Virus record (IMG/VR): IMGVR_UViG_3300014043_000277 | Origin: a virus | Taxonomy: Duplodnaviria; Heunggongvirae; Uroviricota; Caudoviricetes | Reading direction: 5' to 3' (one strand) | DNA length: 64,000 bases | Shown here: one piece after another, positions 19,517 to 28,065 of the stretch | How the letters are laid out: each line of letters opens with the position of its first letter | Position numbering within the stretch: position 1 is the stretch's first letter | The notes under the pieces: generated by a model | What the model was told of the DNA's origin: nothing | Databases searched by the model: none | The model's input: only the letters and a program-made list of their open reading frames with translations | Position numbers and translations under genes: made by a program

Positions 19517-19846
19517 CTAAGTATCAACCATACCACTATCGTAACACTTACACCAATAACAAACGGAATACCTGTGATTAAAAACCAAGCATAGTAAACA
19601 AACACCAAGCCACCAGTAAAACTCAACGCAGTTTGTTGCCCAAAAAAAACTCGTATAAAGACTATCTGTTACGGCTAAAAATCCCGTGATAAGAAAGGGA
19701 ATCATTAAATAAATTCCTAATATTACAAAACTTATATTGCGCCGTACCTTTATATTTTTCATATCAGCAACAATATCGCTAAGCGACATCGGCTCTTCGG
19801 TCAACGTAAACTGCATACCAGCGACTCGCAAAACAGGAGAACGCAC
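19517..19846 (-). CDS. Possible small hydrophobic protein
   Basis: Contains FVILGIYLMIPFLITGFLAV and WWLGVCLLCLV. It sits in a rearranged region and partly overlaps a duplicated gene fragment, so it may be spurious. Confidence 0.2.
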   Translation of the reverse strand: MRSPVLRVAGMQFTLTEEPMSLSDIVADMKNIKVRRNISFVILGIYLMIPFLITGFLAVTDSLYTSFFWATNCVEFYWWLGVCLLCLVFNHRYSVCYWCKCYDSGMVDT

Positions 19847-20083
19847 ACATTACATTGGCTGTAAGCGGCACATCAAATGATGAACGGTGACAATAAAGCC
19901 ATCTGCTTGCATACATCGCAGGCGTGTATGATGGCAGTGTCCTATGCGATTATGATTTCAAAGACATTCAACTGAGCGCATGATAACATTTGATGAATTG
20001 AAATAAAATGAGCGGAACGCAATCACTATTTGCATTCCGCTCATTCGCTTCGGTCAGTCCGCCCTCCCCGATATCAATAATTA

Positions 20084-20902
20084 TCACATTGAAACAGGAA
20101 TGGAAATAATGCCATCCTTGCCTATGCTGAAATATGGTTTCATTCTGTTGATTGTTTTCTTGAATGGTTTCACGTATGCGTCGTGGACATCACGAATGTG
20201 ATTCTGAAAAGCCGTCAGCTCCTTTTCATTATTACGGATTTTCAAATCATGTTCGCTTGTTTCCATTTTAGTGGTTTCCTTGCTGTATTCAACAGGCCAT
20301 CCATCCGCGAGCATGACGGAACCTTTCGCGAGCGCGTTCACTCCGACAAGTCCTATCCTGCCATCAGTGTTCCGATATGCTGATTCTCCTATTTTCATGT
20401 TATTGAATGAGAAATCAGCCTCATCGCTCATGAGCGCAGCCGCAATGTCAAATGACGCGGAGAACGCACACATTACATTGGCTGTAAGCGGCACATCAAA
20501 TGATGAACGGTGACAATAAAGCCATCTGCTTGCATACATCGCAGGCGTGTATGATGCCCGTCCGAGGGAATATGCGATTATCACGTCATCCTCAGTGAAC
20601 ATGCCATCATATGAATCCAGATCCATGAATTTTTCCAATTCCTGCATTTGAATCATGGCACGGAACGCGCCTTCCATTATGTAGTCCTTTTCACTGTTAT
20701 ATAAGGAATTATAAGCATCCTTGCTGATATTTGCGGTTTTAAATGCGGCATTCACGGCGAGTTCAGCCGCCATCCTCATTGATCCGGCTTCCATGCTGTC
20801 AACTTTCTTGCTTAATTCCAATGCCTTCTCATGTACTGTTGTCATGAATTCAATGATATCATACCGAATCAACCATGTCAACATGAAATCAGCATTATTC
20901 AT
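20084..20902 (-). CDS. Hypothetical protein, 272 aa
   Basis: Long ORF with a hairpin at 20010-20043 downstream. An internal 102-bp segment is duplicated at 19836-19937. Confidence 0.4.
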   Translation of the reverse strand: MNNADFMLTWLIRYDIIEFMTTVHEKALELSKKVDSMEAGSMRMAAELAVNAAFKTANISKDAYNSLYNSEKDYIMEGAFRAMIQMQELEKFMDLDSYDGMFTEDDVIIAYSLGRASYTPAMYASRWLYCHRSSFDVPLTANVMCAFSASFDIAAALMSDEADFSFNNMKIGESAYRNTDGRIGLVGVNALAKGSVMLADGWPVEYSKETTKMETSEHDLKIRNNEKELTAFQNHIRDVHDAYVKPFKKTINRMKPYFSIGKDGIISIPVSM

Positions 20903-20989
20903 GTCATGTCCAATTTAATTCTAATTAATACAGCGTAATTCATTCACGCTTTTAGACATGCTGATACTGTTTCGCCAACCGTTTGAAAA

Positions 20990-21262
20990 CGTATTTTAAC
21001 CTGGTTCACCTGAAAGCAAGCAGGGAGTACCCCTGTGAGTTTCAGCAACCGTTAGATTAAGCGCACGGCATCTGATACTGCAATCCTATGCGCCTGCGCT
21101 GGCGCGTTGCCTGTCTGTCCATGCCGTGTGCGCGTGTACAGTGTTTGCGGTATTGCGTGCATGAACGGCCATGAGAGCAGCAAGGGGTGACGGTGGCGAT
21201 TATTTTTTTTGAAAACCAAGCATTGTTCATGAGCGACCAGTGACGGCGGCAATATTATTTTA
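20990..21262. repeat. Right arm of the imperfect inverted repeat, partner at 15928-16262
   Basis: The reverse complement of 21203-21262 matches the iteron unit at about 90% identity. The reverse complement of 20998-21048 matches 16209-16262 almost exactly. Confidence 0.7.
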
Positions 21263-21400
21263 TCGCATTTATTTTCTGTTGGCGATGTGCGTATTATAAT
21301 AGAAGTCCTGTGTGAGCCGTTTCAATGCGTCTCTGACAGGGTTTCGGTTCAATCATGATGATTCATATGCGTTCATGCTCTCAGGCCGTCAGAATGCCGT

Positions 21401-22897
21401 TTATTTGCTTTTATGCCATCCAATACGGTTCAACGCCTGTTCATTGTTCTTCGTTAGCCATTGTTCCGGTGATGCGGGTGATTGTATTCCGCAGGATTTA
21501 CACATCAGCATACGTGTTCCATCAACTGTTTTGATTTTATAACTGGTTAATGGTTTACGGCATTGGATGCATTTTCCTGATTGCAGAATTGCGAGGCGTT
21601 CAGCCGTATTCGCTTGTTCAGGTTCCATTCCGCGTTCATGAATATGCAGTATGATTGTATACAATGCGTTCAAATCAATGCTGCTGTCCAATGCGGTTAT
21701 TTTATCATTGAAAGTGCATTTGTTCATCAGCGCCTTGATTATTGTTCCGTTCTTCGCGCGATGCTTGCGTTTTTCAGCGATTATCATGTTAATCTGATTC
21801 AATGCGTTATCAAGCCATTTGATTGCAATGGCGTTCTGTTGTTGCTGTTTCGCGCTTGCTTTATCCGGATTCACCAATATTTTCTTTATTGCGGATTCTT
21901 TAAGATTGTTTCCTTTCCTGTAATCATTGATTCGTCCGATTGCATTCCGAATGACATCATGGGTGACGCGTTCAATTGGAATTGATTGCAGGTTATGGAT
22001 TTCATTCATGGCGAAACGGCTGCAATCCGGCGTCATTGGTTTATAACCGGCGTAATCCATGAATGCATGGATGTTATCATGTATCCTTGCGGCGCGGGTC
22101 GGTTCGAATCGTCTGTTGAGCCATTCGCCTAGTTCAAGATGATCCTTGTCGGCATTGCATGCATGACAGCATATGATGACATTGCCGAATATGGTTTCTC
22201 CGATTCCGAGTTCTACTGGATTTGCAATTGGAATGATATGATCGCCTGTTCTGCGTCTATCGCCACTGTCAGTCATTTTATGGCCGCAATAAGCGCATCT
22301 TCCATTGAACCATAGGACGGTTCTGATGAATTGCTCATATGTGAAACCGTTGTTCAACGCCGTCATTATGCATCTTGCGATTCCACTACGGATTGATGCT
22401 TTGTTCATGCTTAATGGCTTCCCTGCTGCGATGATAGTGAAAATGTCATCAACATGCATTTCGCCGTTGAATTCAATGTAATCCTTGTATTGCGGGATTG
22501 TCCGGATGTTCCGTTTGCACCAGTCTGTTCCTTTTGGATTGTTTTTCATGATGAATGCAGCCAATGCGTTCACTGTGACGCCATATTGCAGCCATTCGCG
22601 TTTATCATGCCGTTTCATTGGGTCCGTGCCATCAGCATTGTTCACGGCGGTGATTTTTGTCTCAGGCATGTCGATATGGTTGCTTAGCGCGCCGAGCATG
22701 AGGTTCAACGCGCTTTTATCGCCTTCCAGCGTTTTCGGCATGTTCTGCGTGATGGCTAATGCGATTGCGGTGTCATCATGCGGGTCGATTCCTGCCTTAT
22801 CGCATAGTTCAAGCCATTCTGTTTGATCATATGTCATTCCGAGGCATAATTGCATGAGGCCGGGGATTATTTCACGAGCGGATTGTTTGTCAGTCAT
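21401..22897 (-). CDS. HNH endonuclease-domain protein, 498 aa, actinobacterial DUF222/13E12-like architecture
   Basis: The HNH core is FNGRCAYCGHKMTDSGDRRRTGDHIIPIANPVELGIGETIFGNVIICCHACNADKDH. It is a paralogue of 26464..27903. Confidence 0.6.
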   Translation of the reverse strand: MTDKQSAREIIPGLMQLCLGMTYDQTEWLELCDKAGIDPHDDTAIALAITQNMPKTLEGDKSALNLMLGALSNHIDMPETKITAVNNADGTDPMKRHDKREWLQYGVTVNALAAFIMKNNPKGTDWCKRNIRTIPQYKDYIEFNGEMHVDDIFTIIAAGKPLSMNKASIRSGIARCIMTALNNGFTYEQFIRTVLWFNGRCAYCGHKMTDSGDRRRTGDHIIPIANPVELGIGETIFGNVIICCHACNADKDHLELGEWLNRRFEPTRAARIHDNIHAFMDYAGYKPMTPDCSRFAMNEIHNLQSIPIERVTHDVIRNAIGRINDYRKGNNLKESAIKKILVNPDKASAKQQQQNAIAIKWLDNALNQINMIIAEKRKHRAKNGTIIKALMNKCTFNDKITALDSSIDLNALYTIILHIHERGMEPEQANTAERLAILQSGKCIQCRKPLTSYKIKTVDGTRMLMCKSCGIQSPASPEQWLTKNNEQALNRIGWHKSK

Positions 22898-22963
22898 GAT
22901 TTCATGGTATCATAATCGTTATCGTCATGCAAATAATGTATGATATCATGTTATTTTGTTATT

Positions 22964-23707
22964 TCATGATGCGTGTTCATGATTATCGTTCTTATGCATT
23001 TTATGTTCTTTCAATAATTCCGATACTGCGCCTGCCATGGTTGCCGCGCCTGTTATTCCTAAAGTATCGGATATTGCGTTTCTATGATTGCCTTTATCCA
23101 CATTATTTTCACTTTTCATGAACCGTGGATTGCTGTCTCCGTCAATTTTGATTGAGCTGGAACCATATATTCCTGTTTTCACTTGCACTGCAGTGCCATA
23201 AGCGCCTTTTTCTATTTTCTTACTTGTGAGTACAGTTATTATGCTTCCATCTTGTTTTCGTATTTCTGTTTTATAACCGCGTTTCGTATGCCAGCGTTTT
23301 CCAACGCGATACATTTGAATTGAATATGATGAATCCTGATGTGTTACTGTCGCTGATTGAGATTGTCCGCTTGTCGTATAATTCAAACCGACTGTCAATG
23401 CCGCTCCGATAAGCAATCCGCATAAACCATATTTCGCGGCCTGCATTGCAACGCTCGCTTTATCGGATTTGAATTTCCTTTCATGTGGTTTCATATTGAA
23501 CACACTGGAACTGCTCATTCCCATGTTGTTGTTCCCAATGGTGTAAGCATGGGCTGCGGTTTCCTCGTTTCTGTGTTCCGCTTCCTGTTTCGTCATGTTC
23601 CCATGTTGCGTATGATACGGGCAATTATTCGGATCTTTCGCCCTGCATCTGCTCCAATTCCCGTTCTTATCCAATCCGTATCGGGGTTTGATTGACATTA
23701 ACGCCAT
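22964..23707 (-). CDS. Hypothetical protein with an N-terminal Cys/His motif, one transmembrane segment and an extracytoplasmic domain
   Basis: The N-terminus reads GNWSRCRAKDPNNCPYHTQHGNMTKQEAEHRNEETAAHAY. The transmembrane segment is AAKYGLCGLLIGAALTVGL. Confidence 0.4.
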   Translation of the reverse strand: MALMSIKPRYGLDKNGNWSRCRAKDPNNCPYHTQHGNMTKQEAEHRNEETAAHAYTIGNNNMGMSSSSVFNMKPHERKFKSDKASVAMQAAKYGLCGLLIGAALTVGLNYTTSGQSQSATVTHQDSSYSIQMYRVGKRWHTKRGYKTEIRKQDGSIITVLTSKKIEKGAYGTAVQVKTGIYGSSSIKIDGDSNPRFMKSENNVDKGNHRNAISDTLGITGAATMAGAVSELLKEHKMHKNDNHEHAS

Positions 23708-23769
23708 GAGTTATTCCTGTTCTCTCCTTTTAATCAAAATGAAAATCAATGCATTTGATTATCTATCAA

Positions 23770-23809
23770 AATTGTCCACATGCATTCAAATGCTTGCATG
23801 TGGACAATT
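23770..23809. terminator. Intrinsic terminator at the end of the glycosylation operon
   Basis: aattgtccacatgca-ttcaaatgct-tgcatgtggacaatt forms a perfect 15-bp stem directly after the stop of 23824..24120. On the minus strand it is followed by TTTTGAT. Confidence 0.7.
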
Positions 23810-23823
23810 ATTCATGATTGTTC

Positions 23824-24120
23824 TCATTCATTATGATTATCATCAATGAGCGATAGAACAAGATTCGCGAGTGCGTCCGGTAGCGAGTATGGGTCAATTC
23901 CCGGTTCCATGACTATTGGTATGAGCGCGGTGATGACTGCTGTCCGTGTAATCATGTCATCGGTGATTCCGGCTTCCTTGCAGCGTTGTTTCCAATCCTG
24001 TCGGCATGCTTCCAATTGCCTGTTCATGTCCGTATCCGCATGGATTGCCATTAATGCTGGCATGAGTGCTTTCCGGATGTCATTGACCCATTCGTTCATA
24101 TCATTCATATCATTGTTCAT
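23824..24120 (-). CDS. Hypothetical small acidic protein
   Basis: 98-aa ORF whose start overlaps the stop of the upstream GT-C gene. Confidence 0.35.
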   Translation of the reverse strand: MNNDMNDMNEWVNDIRKALMPALMAIHADTDMNRQLEACRQDWKQRCKEAGITDDMITRTAVITALIPIVMEPGIDPYSLPDALANLVLSLIDDNHNE

Positions 24121-25724
24121 GCGTCAATAATATCCTTCCATTCTGCAGGTTCGCGTTTCTTTCTGACGGCATTGCATGCATCCGTTAACACTTCCAATCC
24201 TATTCCGGCATATGGGATGAGCAATAGGAAATACGTGTAAGCATACTCAGGTTGCGTTTCCCAGAATACATGGAATATGAATCCGCCGAGGATGCATAAT
24301 GCGGGTAACGCGGCCATGATATCATGTTTTCGTTTCGCAATCGGCAATCCGATTAACGCCATTATGCTGATGATTATGCATGCGGCATCAGCGATTGTCC
24401 GCGTTGAAACCATGAATGCACTTGATGTAACTATTTTCTCACCTGCCGTGAGTTTCATTTTACCTTGCAGCTCTTTATTGTTGGCAACATTCAGGAATAT
24501 TGAATTACCGACGCGAACCTGATATGAGAATGTCGGTTCCGCCCATGTTTGAGCGATTTTAACAGAGAAGAAATTAATCGCGTATAACGGGTTTGTTGTA
24601 AGTTTGCTGATTTGACGGGATAGGGTTTCATTCGCGTTCCGATTAATGGTTTTAGCATCAGTCCATGCGTAACCGGCCTTCTGATAATAGAATCCTTTAC
24701 CATGATCACTGCCGTCATTCAATCCCATCGCAATGAAATTCCTCATTGGCTGTGCTTCTGATTGTTCAAATTTAATGCCTGAAATCATTTCCATGCTGTT
24801 CACGGCGATAGTCTTACCTGTCATCATGCATGGTATTATGAGAATCCCTGCGATTATCAGAATTATTGTCTTTTTCAATTGAACATGATGAATACATGCA
24901 TACAGGATGAAACTGATGGTTAATGCTATGCCGATTATCATGTTGTTCGGTTTGATGAAACCGGCTATGATTGCAAGAATGAGAATGCTCAGGATTCTCA
25001 TTATGAATGGTTTGAATGTCTTGTTATCATTAATGCTGATTGCAAGCAGTATCATTCCTGTGATGAGAGGCAGGGACATGATGTTTCCATAAACCTGAAT
25101 CATGCTTAACGGCAAGGGAATGAACATCATGAGAATCAATGCTGTCCATTTCGCGGTTTTCTCACCGTTCAACCGTTTCGCTATGAAAATCAGATTAAGC
25201 ATGGTGATTATCATGAGGATCATGTTCGCATATGACATCATGAGATACACGCCATTCAGGTTCATGTTCTGGAACAGCATGATGAATGGAAGCATTATGA
25301 TGAGGACACCTGATTGATATGGATAACGCTGCAGGTAAATATAATTCTTATCATGATAATCATTTCTGATGATGTCAAAACCGATTTTCATCATGTTTTC
25401 ACCGTCTCCCCTATCACGGAAACCGGATAATGTCAACCATGTGAATGCAATGATTACAGTGAATGCAATGCTTATCATGATAACGTGTTTCAGTTTCATC
25501 CTGCTAATGAACCCGGTCATTCGGTTCAATGCATACATGATTGCAATCGCAATGATGATTCCTATTATTGCCGCTGTCATATCAAAATATGGATTTCTGA
25601 CAGTGAATGAACCCGTGTAGCACATTGTCAGGAACACGTTCAGGAATGCGATGATTATAAGGATGATGAATGACAGCGCATATGAGAATCCGAACAGCAC
25701 TTTCCCTATTTTCTCAACATTCAT
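24117..25724 (-). CDS. GT-C-fold-like polytopic membrane glycosyltransferase, paralogue 1
   Basis: 535 aa with more than 10 predicted transmembrane segments. It shares the RYPYQSGV motif and the C-terminal WETQPEYAYTYFLLLIPYAG with 28066..29691 and 29716..31308. Confidence 0.5.
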   Translation of the reverse strand: MNVEKIGKVLFGFSYALSFIILIIIAFLNVFLTMCYTGSFTVRNPYFDMTAAIIGIIIAIAIMYALNRMTGFISRMKLKHVIMISIAFTVIIAFTWLTLSGFRDRGDGENMMKIGFDIIRNDYHDKNYIYLQRYPYQSGVLIIMLPFIMLFQNMNLNGVYLMMSYANMILMIITMLNLIFIAKRLNGEKTAKWTALILMMFIPLPLSMIQVYGNIMSLPLITGMILLAISINDNKTFKPFIMRILSILILAIIAGFIKPNNMIIGIALTISFILYACIHHVQLKKTIILIIAGILIIPCMMTGKTIAVNSMEMISGIKFEQSEAQPMRNFIAMGLNDGSDHGKGFYYQKAGYAWTDAKTINRNANETLSRQISKLTTNPLYAINFFSVKIAQTWAEPTFSYQVRVGNSIFLNVANNKELQGKMKLTAGEKIVTSSAFMVSTRTIADAACIIISIMALIGLPIAKRKHDIMAALPALCILGGFIFHVFWETQPEYAYTYFLLLIPYAGIGLEVLTDACNAVRKKREPAEWKDIIDA

Positions 25725-26434
25725 TTCATTTTCCTTCTCCGTGTTTTGAATGCAAGCATTTCCTTGATGGCGTCAATGCCTTTCGCACCCATGTTCCGAA
25801 TGTTCACGCTGTTCACGCCTGTATCACGTGGTTTGAATGATGTTTCAATGAATTCAATGTGCTCATGATTGCCGATGAACGCGGCGGTGAGCAGAATGTT
25901 CGTGAAATCAGGTTCCGGCTGCATCATATGCATGGCATTCTTGAACGCATCATATTTCATGAGCCGGAATGGCGTGTTTGAATCAACAACATGATGATGG
26001 AACAGGATTGCGAATACTAATCTAAGCACTCTTGTGCTGAACATTCTGAACAATCCATCCTGACGGTGTTTCCTGTATCCCATGATGACATTATTGTCAT
26101 TGCGTGCGTCCCATAGTTTTTTGAAATCAGCCGGGTCAGTCTGACCATCGGAATCAGTTTGGAAAATCCAATCAGGCTTCATGTTCAATGCCTGCATGTA
26201 ACCATGATATAATGCCTTGCCATGACCGCTGTTCGGTTGGGACATGAGAATTATATGAGGATCATGCATTCCGGTGATTTTCACGGATGTCTCATCACGA
26301 CTTCCATCATCAACGATGATTATCCTGTAATCATCGGTTCCAATCGCATCATTGAATTCATGCATCCATGATTCCAACACGTTCCGTATTGCTTTTTCCT
26401 CATTATAAGCAGGCATCACCATTATCAGTTTCAC
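25721..26434 (-). CDS. GT2-family glycosyltransferase (polyprenyl-phosphate sugar synthase, Ppm1/DPM1/GtrB-like)
   Basis: MPAYNEE...IIIVDDGSRDET..., the canonical GT2 N-terminal DxD region. 237 aa with no C-terminal transmembrane segments. Confidence 0.65.
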   Translation of the reverse strand: MKLIMVMPAYNEEKAIRNVLESWMHEFNDAIGTDDYRIIIVDDGSRDETSVKITGMHDPHIILMSQPNSGHGKALYHGYMQALNMKPDWIFQTDSDGQTDPADFKKLWDARNDNNVIMGYRKHRQDGLFRMFSTRVLRLVFAILFHHHVVDSNTPFRLMKYDAFKNAMHMMQPEPDFTNILLTAAFIGNHEHIEFIETSFKPRDTGVNSVNIRNMGAKGIDAIKEMLAFKTRRRKMK

Positions 26435-26463
26435 GTAATGAGAATATCATGAAACTAATATTA

Positions 26464-27903
26464 TCATGCTTGTTGGATGCGCATGGTTTCAATGGCGAGT
26501 TCCTTTCTGATGTCATCAGCTGGAACTCCATCATGTTTCATTTTCTCCAATCGTTTCACGGCGACATTAACGGCTTTCGCTTTCATTGTATCCATGCGTT
26601 CATACATGGCGAAATCACGGAATGATTGGATGCCGAGCATCGCCGCGCGCCGTTGTTCATCAGTCAGCATTCTTGTTTTATGAATCCATGATTTCAATGG
26701 TTGGTTCGCCTTGTCATTATTGCATTTATGACAGCATAATGCCATGTTGCCGAATTTCGTTTCACCGGGCGGATTGCCATCCAATGGATCAAGATGCTCG
26801 CCTGTCGCGGCGTTCGCCGCCTGTCTACCGCTTCCTGAATTCTTAATCAATGGTTTGCTGCAATAACAGCATCGCCCACCGAAAAACATGACACTGGCGA
26901 TATACTTTTTCTTATTCATGTCATTCGCGGTATTGCTTAGCAAACAGCGCCGAACGTTTTTCTCGCTTCCATATCCAAACCTGCGTGTCATCGCACCGAC
27001 ATTATTGGAAATCAATGCCGCCATGTCCTCCATGCGGACATCCTTACCGCAATACGCCCGGAAACGCACGGCGTTATCATCATCGGATTTCAAATACGAC
27101 AGTATTTTATTTTCAATTTTCCCCTGATTCCGTTCATTCTGGATGCTGTTCATCATTCTGTCAGTCATTGCTTGCAAATGTTTCCAATCATCATCCGTTA
27201 TCGTGGAATTCACACTGGCGACAGCCCCATTGAAATGTCTGCGTTCAATCGGTTCTCCTTGTTTCCATGCTGGTTGCAATGGTTTGCCGAAACGGGATTT
27301 ATCCTGTAATTGTTTCCTTTTGATTGGTTTACGAATCATTCCTTCCTTACCGCAATCCACAGTGAACGGTTTCACTGGTTTGAAATCGAGTTTCGCGGTG
27401 TCAACGGGTTTGCCGTTCCGAGATGTGCTTAAAGTGATATGCATGGTTTCGGCACCATGATAGTATTTGCGTTTGTTTTCAGGAATTCGAACAAGTACAC
27501 CCTCATTCACGCCATCATTGGCATAACCGATGATTTGAATGTTTCGCATTGGTTTACCATGACCGAATTCCGGTTCGGGTTCCTGATTGAAACCGAATGT
27601 TATATGAGGTTTTCTGATTTCGTTTTCCAATGGTTCACGGCTTATATGCTGGTTTATTTCCTCAAAAAACTTATCCCTGTTGAAAAACACGCCATAATAC
27701 ACTGTCCTGTATTCAGTTTTGTTTCTATTATGCATTCCAATGCCGTCATTGCGCTCATTGAAATTCTCATAAGCCTGTTCAATGGTATCAGCTTTAATGT
27801 CCGTGCCTTGATGACAGGGAATTGGACATGGATCGGATGCGCATTTAGCCAGTTTCCCTGTATGCGTTCCGTCTTTACTAATGATTTCATGCCAGCATGT
27901 CAT
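26464..27903 (-). CDS. HNH endonuclease-domain protein, 479 aa, paralogue of 21401..22897
   Basis: HNH core FFGGRCCYCSKPL...GEHLDPLDGNPPGETKFGNMALCCHKCNNDKAN. It carries an N-terminal Cys/His motif CASDPCPIPCH. Confidence 0.6.
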   Translation of the reverse strand: MTCWHEIISKDGTHTGKLAKCASDPCPIPCHQGTDIKADTIEQAYENFNERNDGIGMHNRNKTEYRTVYYGVFFNRDKFFEEINQHISREPLENEIRKPHITFGFNQEPEPEFGHGKPMRNIQIIGYANDGVNEGVLVRIPENKRKYYHGAETMHITLSTSRNGKPVDTAKLDFKPVKPFTVDCGKEGMIRKPIKRKQLQDKSRFGKPLQPAWKQGEPIERRHFNGAVASVNSTITDDDWKHLQAMTDRMMNSIQNERNQGKIENKILSYLKSDDDNAVRFRAYCGKDVRMEDMAALISNNVGAMTRRFGYGSEKNVRRCLLSNTANDMNKKKYIASVMFFGGRCCYCSKPLIKNSGSGRQAANAATGEHLDPLDGNPPGETKFGNMALCCHKCNNDKANQPLKSWIHKTRMLTDEQRRAAMLGIQSFRDFAMYERMDTMKAKAVNVAVKRLEKMKHDGVPADDIRKELAIETMRIQQA

Positions 27904-28065
27904 ATTACGAATCTATCATATGTTTCCAATGTAATGGCTATGGTATTATTGAAATCATGATGCCTGCATATGGAATGCATAAAATGGATATTTTAATGTG
28001 AGAATCCAACAATGATGATTACCAGTGATAATCCTGAACTGATTTTTAACAATATTCATTCTGTT

